Virus record (IMG/VR): IMGVR_UViG_3300025909_000005 | Strand: one strand, 5' to 3' | Length of the DNA stretch: 64,000 nucleotides | From: a virus | Taxonomy: Duplodnaviria > Caudoviricetes | Part shown: positions 54,010-62,241 of the stretch, piece after piece | How positions within the stretch are numbered: the stretch's first letter is position 1 | How the letters are laid out: every line of letters begins with the position of its first letter | Position numbers and translations under genes: made by a program | Notes under the pieces: generated by a model | Database searches by the model: none | What the model was told of the DNA's origin: nothing | The model's input: only the letters and a program-made list of their open reading frames with translations

Positions 54010-54288
54010 CTCTTCCTAATCGCAGCCGTTACGATCGCCGCAAGCGCACCTCAAGCGCATACGCAGACGTTCACGCAACGATCTGTCTGCTCGGGAGAGC
54101 GCTGCACGGTCTCGATTCAAACTGACGCGCCCATCATCATCTCGAAGGTCCAAAAGGGCCGTTCGCCGTACACGTTCGTGTTGGCTGCTGGTGGGTTCTT
54201 CACGACCGACTATGAGGCAAGTGCCCCTCCTGAAATCGTTGTGGTTGCCAACAAGGTTGCCACGACCCTCACCTTGGCACACGAATGA
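54007..54288 (+). CDS. Small protein with signal-peptide-like N-terminus
   Basis: MLFLIAAVTIAASAPQA. Confidence 0.55.
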   Translation: MLFLIAAVTIAASAPQAHTQTFTQRSVCSGERCTVSIQTDAPIIISKVQKGRSPYTFVLAAGGFFTTDYEASAPPEIVVVANKVATTLTLAHE

Positions 54289-54536
54289 GCGAACGACACC
54301 GAAGACAAGTCCAGAACTGGCAGTCGGCCCACTACAACCCGCCCACTGAGTGGAGCAACGGCCACACGGTCCGTGACCGTGACGGCAAGGAGTCATACGC
54401 GTTCTTTGCCCGTTACGAGTACGACTACAGCATGAACCGATGGGGCGTCTGGTACCAGATGGACGCGCCAAAGCTGGGCAACATCGGTCTCCAGATTTGG
54501 CCTCACGAGTGGTTGAACGGGATGATTGTCGTCTGA
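54285..54536 (+). CDS. Hypothetical protein
   Basis: ATGA overlap. Confidence 0.55.
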   Translation: MSERHRRQVQNWQSAHYNPPTEWSNGHTVRDRDGKESYAFFARYEYDYSMNRWGVWYQMDAPKLGNIGLQIWPHEWLNGMIVV

Positions 54537-54550
54537 GTTACACTTTCTCA

Positions 54551-54587
54551 GTGTACACATCTCGCAGGTTGGATATAATGAATCCAT
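54551..54587 (+). promoter_or_regulatory. Early promoter GTGTAC-N17-TATAAT-GAATCC-AT
   Basis: Recurrent motif with ACCAACCCA leader. Confidence 0.72.
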
Positions 54588-54612
54588 ACCAACCCACTTA
54601 GGAAGTTTCGAA

Positions 54613-55293
54613 ATGGCAAAGCTCAATCTCTTCAAGGCTGCAACCGAAGTTTCGGCGAAGCCCACGGCCGCCAAGAAGCGTGCGAAGCTCGAAGTTCCGA
54701 TGAATGACATCGCGAACCTCGCCAAGATCAAGGCGATGATGGATTCCCTCGAGGCGGCCAAGGCCACGCTCGAGCAGTCGATCAAGTCGGCCGGCTTCGA
54801 GAAGTTCCTCGAAATCTCCGGCTCGGTCCGTCCCGAATCGTTCAAGGGCATCGACGGCGTCGGTTCCGCCTCCGTCGAAATGCGCAAGCGCGGTACGAAC
54901 TCCGCCCTCAACGCCGACGAAGTCGCGGCTCTCGAAGCCATGGGTCTGAAGCCCTTCGAACAGGTCATCACGACCGAGATGTACGGCATCAACCCGAAGT
55001 ACGCCGCGGACGAAACGCTGATGGAGAAGGTCTCCGAAGCCATCGGCAGCTTCGTTCCGGAAGACTTCATCGTCCTCCAAGCCGGCGTCAAGAAGAACGT
55101 CGTCGATGACGGTCTCGTGAACTCGGTCTTCGCGATGTCGGCCAACGATCCGAACCGCCGTTCGGCCATCAAGCTGGTCACGACGATGGCCCTCAAGCCG
55201 AAGCTCTCCGCTGACTACGACTTCACGCAGCTCGCTGCTGATGTGCAAGCTCTGATCAAGCCGGTGCAGGACGACGAAGCCGAAGAAGCCTGA
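54613..55293 (+). CDS. Hypothetical early protein, probably highly expressed
   Basis: Strong codon bias; AGGA SD. Confidence 0.75.
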   Translation: MAKLNLFKAATEVSAKPTAAKKRAKLEVPMNDIANLAKIKAMMDSLEAAKATLEQSIKSAGFEKFLEISGSVRPESFKGIDGVGSASVEMRKRGTNSALNADEVAALEAMGLKPFEQVITTEMYGINPKYAADETLMEKVSEAIGSFVPEDFIVLQAGVKKNVVDDGLVNSVFAMSANDPNRRSAIKLVTTMALKPKLSADYDFTQLAADVQALIKPVQDDEAEEA

Positions 55294-55294
55294 A

Positions 55295-55381
55295 ATGCTT
55301 CTGATCCTCTGCCTCGTTTCCCTGATCGTCGGCCAGCCCGGGCTGGCCCTTCTCTTCGCAATCCTCTGGGTGATCTTCTGA
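55295..55381 (+). CDS. 28-aa hydrophobic peptide (absent from ORF track)
   Basis: MLLILCLVSLIVGQPGLALLFAILWVIF fills the intergenic gap. Confidence 0.5.
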   Translation: MLLILCLVSLIVGQPGLALLFAILWVIF

Positions 55382-55382
55382 C

Positions 55383-55589
55383 ATGGACAACAACTTCCAC
55401 AGACTCGCGGAGCAGTTCGCGGACGAGAACCCCGATATCGTCGACCACGTCCGCCTGATCGAGGACTGGTACAACGACGAGGGCATCGACATGCGCATCC
55501 GCCAGTTCGTCGCACACCAGGGGATCGACCCCGCCTGGGAAGACGAACTCGTCGAGGTCATCACCGAACATCTCGAGGAAGTGGCCTGA
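55383..55589 (+). CDS. Hypothetical acidic protein
   Basis: Tightly packed ORF. Confidence 0.6.
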   Translation: MDNNFHRLAEQFADENPDIVDHVRLIEDWYNDEGIDMRIRQFVAHQGIDPAWEDELVEVITEHLEEVA

Positions 55590-55747
55590 TGGTTTCCTTC
55601 TTCATCGTTCTTGGCGTCGGACTCGTGATCGGGTCCTACGTCGGCGCCTACTTCGGTGGGTTCATCAACGCACTTGTCGCGTGTGGGCTTCTGCTCCTCT
55701 CGCTACTCGTGATCTGTTTCCTCATCCTCGCCTTCGCAGCCATCTGA
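55589..55747 (+). CDS. 52-aa membrane peptide (absent from ORF track)
   Basis: TGATG overlap; two TM-like segments. Confidence 0.55.
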   Translation: MVSFFIVLGVGLVIGSYVGAYFGGFINALVACGLLLLSLLVICFLILAFAAI

Positions 55748-55757
55748 AAGACACACC

Positions 55758-56048
55758 ATGAGCATTCGTGACGAAGCCCTCGAGTCCGCTGACATGTTCA
55801 TCGAGGACGTGAAGGAGGCTGCCGGCCTCGACTACACCAAGCACCGCGAGGCCATCGCTGACCTCTACGAGCACGGCCACTGGAACGGCAGCAACGACGT
55901 CTACCTCCGCACGGGCGATGCGTCGCTGCCGAACCTGCGCTTCATCCAGGAAGACGAGTACGACCAGTCCATGGACGAGGACGAAGACCGTCCCGAGTGG
56001 GACGAGATGATCTGCTCGACTGACAACGGCTACGTCTGGTACGCATGA
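55758..56048 (+). CDS. Hypothetical acidic protein
   Basis: ORF. Confidence 0.6.
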   Translation: MSIRDEALESADMFIEDVKEAAGLDYTKHREAIADLYEHGHWNGSNDVYLRTGDASLPNLRFIQEDEYDQSMDEDEDRPEWDEMICSTDNGYVWYA

Positions 56049-56206
56049 CCCACTTCCAGTTCCTGCTCAACGTGATCTTCTTCGGCTTCATCGGCTGCGC
56101 GATCACGGAGGGACTGCTGCACAGGCCGGTGCTCACAGAGTGGTGGCTGCGCATCTGCTTCTTCGCTGCCTTCATGGACCTCTTTCTCTGGATTTTCCCA
56201 TGGTGA
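56045..56206 (+). CDS. 53-aa membrane peptide (absent from ORF track)
   Basis: ATGA overlap; hydrophobic. Confidence 0.5.
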   Translation: MTHFQFLLNVIFFGFIGCAITEGLLHRPVLTEWWLRICFFAAFMDLFLWIFPW

Positions 56207-56209
56207 CCT

Positions 56210-56734
56210 ATGCTCGTTAACATCCTCCTCTACAACGGCCCGAAAGACCCGACCATGGAGGCCATCTTGGCCATCCTCGGGCAGGGCGGCAAGGTCGAAC
56301 GCATCGACACCGGCGTCTACGACTGTCCGCACTTCAACTTCAGCAACGAAGTCGGCATTCACGAGTACGACGACAAGTATCCTCATCTGACGAGGATCAC
56401 GAGTGAAGAAGACATCGCTGTGGCGCTGGCTAACGATCGTCCGGTCTACGAGAGCTTCGGCTGCTATGGCGTCTGCGACAACTACAAGCAGGTCATCGAG
56501 CAGTGCAAGGAGCTGCAGCCCAGCGATCCCGGCCTGTACATCATGTCGGTCACGCGTGTTTCCCGTGACGAGCAACCGGCCGAGGGCGGCTGGCGCTGGC
56601 ACAAGTGGGGCGAGTACATCGGCGCACAGAACCCGCAGCACGAGTACCTCTACGACGAGAAGGACATCGACGAGGTCTTCTGCTACCACGTTCTTCATGT
56701 GCCCGAGAACATGGCCGTTGAGCTGCCAGTGTAA
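56210..56734 (+). CDS. Hypothetical phage protein
   Basis: YGVCDN and GGWRWHKWGEYIG motifs. Confidence 0.7.
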   Translation: MLVNILLYNGPKDPTMEAILAILGQGGKVERIDTGVYDCPHFNFSNEVGIHEYDDKYPHLTRITSEEDIAVALANDRPVYESFGCYGVCDNYKQVIEQCKELQPSDPGLYIMSVTRVSRDEQPAEGGWRWHKWGEYIGAQNPQHEYLYDEKDIDEVFCYHVLHVPENMAVELPV

Positions 56735-56740
56735 GAAGTG

Positions 56741-56777
56741 GTGTACTTCTCGGGCTGACTGGTTATAATGAACCTAT
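56741..56777 (+). promoter_or_regulatory. Early promoter GTGTAC-N17-TATAAT-GAACCT-AT
   Basis: Recurrent motif with CAACCCAAGGAG leader. Confidence 0.72.
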
Positions 56778-56795
56778 CAACCCAAGGAGCTCTTC

Positions 56796-56972
56796 ATGTT
56801 CTACGCTCTCCAAAATCTCGACGACGCCGACACCGTGACCGAACACACGTACGATGACGTGGACGAGGCGTTCCGCAACGCCGAGCTGTTCACGCAGCTC
56901 GGTTACGAAGTCTCGGTGCCGAAGTCGATCGATGGCATCTCGTACACCTTCACTGTGGAGACGGTGCAGTGA
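56796..56972 (+). CDS. 58-aa hypothetical protein (absent from ORF track)
   Basis: AAGGAG SD. Confidence 0.6.
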   Translation: MFYALQNLDDADTVTEHTYDDVDEAFRNAELFTQLGYEVSVPKSIDGISYTFTVETVQ

Positions 56973-57214
56973 TCACCGCTCAAGAGGCCGCTGCCCTGTC
57001 AGCGAAGAGCTGGCTCGAGAAAAGAATCGAGGATGCAGCCAAGAAGGGCCACTGGCAGGTCACGTTCAACTCCACGAATCTCCAGCTGATTCGCGAAGCC
57101 CGCCAAGAAGCGCTCGCCGCTGGCTTCAAGGTGAGTCACATTCTGACGCTCGTCGAGCGTGACGGCGACGACCACATCATCCACATCAACTGGCTCGCCT
57201 TCAAGAAGGATTGA
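56969..57214 (+). CDS. Hypothetical protein
   Basis: GTGA overlap. Confidence 0.6.
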   Translation: MITAQEAAALSAKSWLEKRIEDAAKKGHWQVTFNSTNLQLIREARQEALAAGFKVSHILTLVERDGDDHIIHINWLAFKKD

Positions 57215-57215
57215 C

Positions 57216-57434
57216 ATGAGCAGCATGCGCTACATCATCGTCTACCGCGAGCGGCGCACCGGCCTCGTGGTCGTAGGTGCCGGTGAGAGCGACCGCATCG
57301 ACTACGACATCGCGTCCTCACGCGTCTTCCCCTACACCGATGAAGGTGAGGCCGAAGGCGAGGAGTACGCAGAAGAGCTCGCGCAGAAGAACGGCCTGAA
57401 CTTTCACGGTTCCCGCCGCCGCTACCTCGACTAA
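57216..57434 (+). CDS. Hypothetical protein
   Basis: AAGGA SD. Confidence 0.6.
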   Translation: MSSMRYIIVYRERRTGLVVVGAGESDRIDYDIASSRVFPYTDEGEAEGEEYAEELAQKNGLNFHGSRRRYLD

Positions 57435-57467
57435 CACGCAGGTTAGCACCTGTGTTAGAATGGACCT

Positions 57468-57788
57468 ATGAGAGACAACGAAGCGAACCTCGCGTGGCTT
57501 TGCGGTGGCAACTTCAAGGTTGACATCGAAGGCAGGCGTGTTACGCACATCAAGCCTCAACCTGATGGCACGATCCAGTTTTACCTCATTCGTCCACCTG
57601 AGACGGAGATGGAGAAGGCGATCTGGTCCTCGGGTGTCGGCATGTCCTACATCGCTGAGAATCAGCAGGTTTTTCTCGAACCCGAGAAGGGCTACACGTA
57701 CATCGAGTGCAAGCTGAACGGCGAGGACGCCAAGTTCTACCACTTCCAATTCTGGGCCGAGGTGCCCCTCACTCTGGAGCACATGTGA
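57468..57788 (+). CDS. Hypothetical early protein
   Basis: TAGAAT-GGACCT-ATG leaderless-type start (57456-57470). Confidence 0.62.
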   Translation: MRDNEANLAWLCGGNFKVDIEGRRVTHIKPQPDGTIQFYLIRPPETEMEKAIWSSGVGMSYIAENQQVFLEPEKGYTYIECKLNGEDAKFYHFQFWAEVPLTLEHM

Positions 57789-57864
57789 ACAACGAAACCC
57801 GCGACTTCATGGGGTCAGCAATCGCGCTGATCCTCGTCCTCTTCGCCATTGCGGTGGTGTTCGG

Positions 57865-58071
57865 ATGAATCGTCAGCAGCAAGCTGACGCCGTGGTCAGG
57901 GAGTTCGCGCCACGTGATGGCTCGGGTGCTCTCGGCAGGCGGTGTCGTGTCGAACTGAATGCGCTCTACGCCAAGTGGGATGCAGAAGACCTCAACGCAC
58001 GTGTGCCTGAGCTGAACCGCCTGGCAGACCAACGAAACCAAATGTGGAGATTCCTTGTCAGCCGCCGATGA
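57865..58071 (+). CDS. Hypothetical protein
   Basis: ORF in a packed operon. Confidence 0.45.
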   Translation: MNRQQQADAVVREFAPRDGSGALGRRCRVELNALYAKWDAEDLNARVPELNRLADQRNQMWRFLVSRR

Positions 58072-58273
58072 AATCCGTGCTCAAGCCTTCAAGCTCCAGC
58101 TGAAGGTGCAGGCCCTCGACCTGCTGAAGGACGCCATGCCCGACGTCAAGCATGGTCATGACTTCAGCAAGTGCGAGTACGACAACGGCGACTACTACGG
58201 GCCGTGCACATGCGGGCACTCTGACCGCCTGCGTCTCTACCGATTCATTGAAGAAGCGATCGCCAAAGCATGA
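58055..58273 (+). CDS. Hypothetical protein
   Basis: ORF in a packed operon; possible Zn ligands (H..C...CTCGH). Confidence 0.55.
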   Translation: MSAADEIRAQAFKLQLKVQALDLLKDAMPDVKHGHDFSKCEYDNGDYYGPCTCGHSDRLRLYRFIEEAIAKA

Positions 58274-58485
58274 ACGCAAGCCGACTCCTCAAGATCATGA
58301 AGGTTCTGCAGGACGCAGGGCAGGGTGACGCCACCATCGAGGCAGTGAAGGATGGGTTGATCGTCTTCGTCGAGATGCTCGTCATCACAGCACAACATCG
58401 AAAGGTGTACGACGAGCTGAACGAAGAGCTCGAGGAGCTCGGCGGGACGCAGATCGAGGGCGACGTCTGGAAGTTCTTCCTATGA
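58270..58485 (+). CDS. Hypothetical protein
   Basis: ATGA overlap. Confidence 0.6.
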   Translation: MNASRLLKIMKVLQDAGQGDATIEAVKDGLIVFVEMLVITAQHRKVYDELNEELEELGGTQIEGDVWKFFL

Positions 58486-59414
58486 GCGACCTCTGGGCAA
58501 TCACCACCTACTTCAACCCCTGCCGCTACAAGACCCGCCGGGTCAACTACGAGCGGTTCATGGAGGGGCTGGCGCGTCAAGGTGTGCCGTGCTTCACCGT
58601 CGAGTGCGTGTTCGACGGTGAGGAGTTCGAGCTCCCACCTGGTCCGAACCTCCTGCAGATTCGGAGTGAGTCGCTGCTCTGGCAGAAGGAGCGGCTGCTG
58701 AACCTCGCTGCGCAGAAGCTGCCACCTGAGGCGAGGTACGTGGCGTGGTTGGACGCAGACATCCTCTTTGAGAACGATCGGTGGCCACTGCAGGCGAAGC
58801 ACCTCATGGACACCCATCCAGTCGTGCAACTCTTCACCTCTGCGGACCGCCTGGACGAACAGGACAACAGCGTGGGTGACGTCGTCTACTCCTTCGGAGC
58901 CGTGACGGGCAGTGACCCTGAGCTGCTTGAAGCCCAGCGCTACGACGTTCACGGCCACACAGGCTACGCCTGGGCGATGACGCGAGAGCTCTTCGACAAG
59001 GTCGGTCTCTACGAACACTCGGTCGTGGGGTCGTCAGACCACTTCATGGCTCATGCCATCCACAACGACTACGGCTTCTGCATCGCCAACGCCCTCAAGC
59101 ACGACGCGCTGCAGATCGAGCACTTCAAGGCGTGGGGTCAGAAGTTTCACGCCATTGTGCAGGGTCGGTTCGCAGTCGTTCCCGGCAAGATCAATCACCT
59201 CTGGCACGGCGACCTGAAGAACCGTCGATACTTCATGCGCATGCACGACGTCACCGATCTAGGCTTCAACCCGAACACCGACGTTGAGGCGCCGGAAGGT
59301 CGGCCTCTCCGCTGGACGACCACCGCACGTGCCAAACCTGAACTCATCGCCTACTTCTACAACTACTTCGCCGCTCGTCAAGAAGACGGCGAGCAACTCG
59401 AAAGAGCAGCATGA
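58482..59414 (+). CDS. Glycosyltransferase-like protein (GT-A fold)
   Basis: WQKERLLN, VAWLDADI (DxD), GYAWA, VVGSSD and HLWHG motifs. Confidence 0.65.
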   Translation: MSDLWAITTYFNPCRYKTRRVNYERFMEGLARQGVPCFTVECVFDGEEFELPPGPNLLQIRSESLLWQKERLLNLAAQKLPPEARYVAWLDADILFENDRWPLQAKHLMDTHPVVQLFTSADRLDEQDNSVGDVVYSFGAVTGSDPELLEAQRYDVHGHTGYAWAMTRELFDKVGLYEHSVVGSSDHFMAHAIHNDYGFCIANALKHDALQIEHFKAWGQKFHAIVQGRFAVVPGKINHLWHGDLKNRRYFMRMHDVTDLGFNPNTDVEAPEGRPLRWTTTARAKPELIAYFYNYFAARQEDGEQLERAA

Positions 59415-60175
59415 CCATCGCTGAAGACATCTCCAAGCTCCAACAAGAAATTGCCTCCGCAGTCGAGGAACGTGACAAGGCCGTTCACGACTACGTCAAG
59501 GAGACGTTTGCCGGCTTCGACAACACCACGATGGAGGTGCTCAAGCTGGAAGGCCTGTGGAGCTCCAAGATGGTCACGCTGTTCGCGCAGGCGCAGAGGC
59601 ACATTCCCCCGAAGGGCGTATGGTCCTGGTTCGTCGAGCACTCGAAGGCCGATAAGGCTGCACTGCAAGACTTGAAGGAACGCGCGATCGAGGTGCTCAA
59701 GCAGGACGCCCAGCCCAAGCAGCAGTTCAACGAGCTGAACGTCAGAATCATCAACGCCCGCGAGAAGCTGAAGAACCTCGGCAAGGCAGTGCCAGCCCCA
59801 AAGCCCGCACCAAAGCCGGCAAACCTGCCACAACCGAAAGTCGGGCGCCCCGGCTGGTCGGCTCCATCGCACACCGCAACGACCACGCCAACTCCTCCGA
59901 CCCCGCAGTGGAGGCCACACGTTGGTCGCTCGGTCTACTCGGACGGCAGCACATACATCGACGACACGACGTACGATGACGGCTCCAATGCGATGATGAT
60001 GGGCATGCTCGTTGGCACGATGATGAATCAGCCGCCCCCACAGCCTGACGTCGTCTACGTGCCAGTCCCGGACAACTCCGACACGGGTGGCGTGGCGTGG
60101 GTTCCTGATCAAGCTGCCTCTGCACCTGACTACTCGGCCTCCCAGCCGGACGTGGGTCAATCCAGCTGGTCGTGA
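59411..60175 (+). CDS. Hypothetical coiled-coil protein with Pro-rich tail
   Basis: ATGA overlap. Confidence 0.65.
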   Translation: MTIAEDISKLQQEIASAVEERDKAVHDYVKETFAGFDNTTMEVLKLEGLWSSKMVTLFAQAQRHIPPKGVWSWFVEHSKADKAALQDLKERAIEVLKQDAQPKQQFNELNVRIINAREKLKNLGKAVPAPKPAPKPANLPQPKVGRPGWSAPSHTATTTPTPPTPQWRPHVGRSVYSDGSTYIDDTTYDDGSNAMMMGMLVGTMMNQPPPQPDVVYVPVPDNSDTGGVAWVPDQAASAPDYSASQPDVGQSSWS

Positions 60176-60179
60176 GTTC

Positions 60180-60389
60180 ATGGCACTCATCCACCTGCTG
60201 ACGAAGAAGACGGCCAAGAAGGTGGTTGAGTACTGCTGCGTCGCCTTCTTTCAGGCGATGATTCTCGTGCTGATCTTTCCGGAGTTTCGCAGCCCGTTTG
60301 CCGCACTCGTGGTCACGGTGTCGCTTGTCACAGGGTTGGTAGTGGCCTTCGAGTTCTTCTGGAAGCCGCCTGAAGAGAGCGACGAGTAG
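60180..60389 (+). CDS. Small membrane protein
   Basis: Two TM-like segments. Confidence 0.55.
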   Translation: MALIHLLTKKTAKKVVEYCCVAFFQAMILVLIFPEFRSPFAALVVTVSLVTGLVVAFEFFWKPPEESDE

Positions 60390-60426
60390 TGTACTTGGTG
60401 GGGCCATGGGTTATAATCAACCCATG
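60389..60426 (+). promoter_or_regulatory. Early promoter GTGTAC-N17-TATAAT-CAACCC-ATG (leaderless type)
   Basis: Recurrent motif. Confidence 0.72.
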
Positions 60427-61044
60427 GACTACACCGAATACTCGTACCTCTGGCCTCCGCGGCCCGAGACGAAGATCGCGCGGCCGATGCTCGGCTTCTA
60501 CCAGAACAAGGGCTTCTTCGCGCAGAAGAAAAAGAACGGCACGTGCACGGTCATCTTCGCTCGTGGCAAGCAGGTCATCTTCAAGACCCGCCACGGTGAC
60601 GAGAACAACGGCGACCACAAGCTCTGGACGCCGAACGCCGAGCACAAGAAGTTCTTCTCGGGTTCCGAAGGCTGGAACGTCTTCGTCGCTGAGCTGCTGC
60701 ACAGCAAGGTCTCCGGCGGCCCGAAGGATCACCTCTACATCTTCGATCAACTCGTCGACAACGGCGTGTCGCTCGTCGGCAAGACCTTCAATGATCGCTA
60801 CCAAGGGCTGAAGGCCCGCTTCGGTGGCGAATCTCAAGACGATCACTTCCTTCTCCATGAGCACGTCTCATTGGCGAAGTGTTTTAAGGGCGGCTTCGAG
60901 AAGCTGTTCGCGAACCTCAAGAAGGAAGACGAAGGCCTCGTTCTCAAGGACCCCAACTCCGTGCTGCAGCCTTGTCTCCGCCCCGATTCCAACTGGGGTT
61001 GGCAGGTCAAGTGCAGGATTCCTCAAGCCAACTACTCATTCTGA
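60424..61044 (+). CDS. ATP-dependent ligase-like nucleotidyltransferase (adenylation domain only)
   Basis: Motif I QKKKNG, TRHG, III VAELL, IIIa YIFD, IV EGLVLK and V WQVKCR. Confidence 0.62.
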   Translation: MDYTEYSYLWPPRPETKIARPMLGFYQNKGFFAQKKKNGTCTVIFARGKQVIFKTRHGDENNGDHKLWTPNAEHKKFFSGSEGWNVFVAELLHSKVSGGPKDHLYIFDQLVDNGVSLVGKTFNDRYQGLKARFGGESQDDHFLLHEHVSLAKCFKGGFEKLFANLKKEDEGLVLKDPNSVLQPCLRPDSNWGWQVKCRIPQANYSF

Positions 61045-61046
61045 TC

Positions 61047-61253
61047 ATGATGCAAATCCCCAAAGGCTGGACTGGTGTCGAGGCGCAACTTGCCAGCGAC
61101 GTGAAGCGCTCGAACGGCGCCATCCTTCGTGCGAAGCAGGAGGTGGAACGGCTGGAGGCAGCGAGCGCGCTGCTCAAGATGCGCTGCAACCATCGCCACA
61201 CCAAGGTCGAAGGTCTCGACACGGTGTGCGCGATCTGCGGCTACAAGCTGTGA
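61047..61253 (+). CDS. Small coiled-coil/Zn-ribbon protein
   Basis: C.H.H...C.ICG C-terminus. Confidence 0.55.
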   Translation: MMQIPKGWTGVEAQLASDVKRSNGAILRAKQEVERLEAASALLKMRCNHRHTKVEGLDTVCAICGYKL

Positions 61254-61459
61254 TCAAGTTCCAGTTCACTGACGACTTCGGTGACCTTGTCCAGGTGCAA
61301 CCGCTGGAGAAGGACGCGAACACGTGGCACTCTGTGGTGGATAACTACGGTGCGTTCCTCTCAGTGCTCGAGCTGAACTGGCCGAACAAGCGCTACTTCA
61401 CGCGCATTGTGGAGCAACTCTACCCGCTTCCAAAGAAGCCCAAGAAGATCAGTCCTTGA
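61250..61459 (+). CDS. Hypothetical protein
   Basis: GTGA overlap. Confidence 0.5.
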   Translation: MIKFQFTDDFGDLVQVQPLEKDANTWHSVVDNYGAFLSVLELNWPNKRYFTRIVEQLYPLPKKPKKISP

Positions 61460-61817
61460 GGACTTTCGCGTTGCTCATGTCGTTCACGAGATCATCATAG
61501 TTGATCTCGAAATACTGTCGCGCGGGCTTTTTGTACATGATCTTCGCGTCCTTCAAAATGCCTCCTTGGACGTCGCGATCTGAGATGAGCTCAATCGTAT
61601 CTTGCACGTCGATCTCATCGTCGTTGATGAGCTTTACAAGGTCGTGCGCCTTGTCTGCAGGGCAATTGATCCACACGGTTGTTGTGGCGTGTGAATCATT
61701 GAGTGTCGCGTGCCACCACGTATACGTACACTTTGCAAGCACGCCGACAATCGGTTGTTTGTCCACCATAGCTGCCATCTTAGAGAGGCTGCTCTTCTTG
61801 ATCTCGTTGAGCTTCAC
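61449..61817 (-). CDS. Hypothetical protein with type-2 tag (MKLNEIKK)
   Basis: Coupled to the ClpS-like gene; under a minus-strand late promoter. Confidence 0.6.
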   Translation of the reverse strand: MKLNEIKKSSLSKMAAMVDKQPIVGVLAKCTYTWWHATLNDSHATTTVWINCPADKAHDLVKLINDDEIDVQDTIELISDRDVQGGILKDAKIMYKKPARQYFEINYDDLVNDMSNAKVLKD

Positions 61818-62191
61818 TCGCCAGCCTTCATGACCTCGGTGTCAAGCGGCCATGGGCCATTGTGCTTGACGAAGGGGCGGTAGTGATCGTACGACTTGTT
61901 GTTGCGAGCGTGTTGTTCGATCTTGGTGGCGACCGACTCGGCGACGTCCTTCGAACCGTAGGCAGCGACAGCCACCCAACCATTCTTGTGCGCCTTCATC
62001 ATCCGCTTGTAGGCTTCGCCCGGACTGATCTTCACGGCTGCCACGATGGCTTCCACGACTACCTCTGCAGGAGTCACGGGGTTGTTCAGGATCATGACGT
62101 TCCAGCCGGTAGGGTCGTTCAGCGGCACCTCCTTGGCGGTGGTGGCCGTGCCGGTCTTGTCGACAACGTCTGCTACTTCATCCAACCTCAT
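61814..62191 (-). CDS. clpS: ClpS-like N-degron adaptor, N-terminus MRLDEV
   Basis: WNVMILNNPVTPAEVVVEAI...AYKRMMKAHKNG.VAVAAY..DVAES matches the ClpS core; AAGGA SD; late promoter at 62218-62224 (minus). Confidence 0.68.
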   Translation of the reverse strand: MRLDEVADVVDKTGTATTAKEVPLNDPTGWNVMILNNPVTPAEVVVEAIVAAVKISPGEAYKRMMKAHKNGWVAVAAYGSKDVAESVATKIEQHARNNKSYDHYRPFVKHNGPWPLDTEVMKAGE

Positions 62192-62203
62192 TCTGAATCC
62201 TTT

Positions 62204-62241
62204 TTGTACGAGTGCGGTATTTATGGTAGAATTATAACATG
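62204..62241. promoter_or_regulatory. Overlapping divergent promoters: plus early TTGTAC-N17-TAGAAT-TATAAC-ATG and minus late ATAAATA (62218-62224)
   Basis: Both motifs read directly from the sequence. Confidence 0.65.

Noticed and set aside
56969-61270. GTGATC starts at 56969 (MITAQE) and 61250 (MIKFQF) as extra tagged proteins
   Set aside because: They lack the TFKQ(F/Y)LxE core and lie in early operons; probably a by-product of GTGA overlaps.
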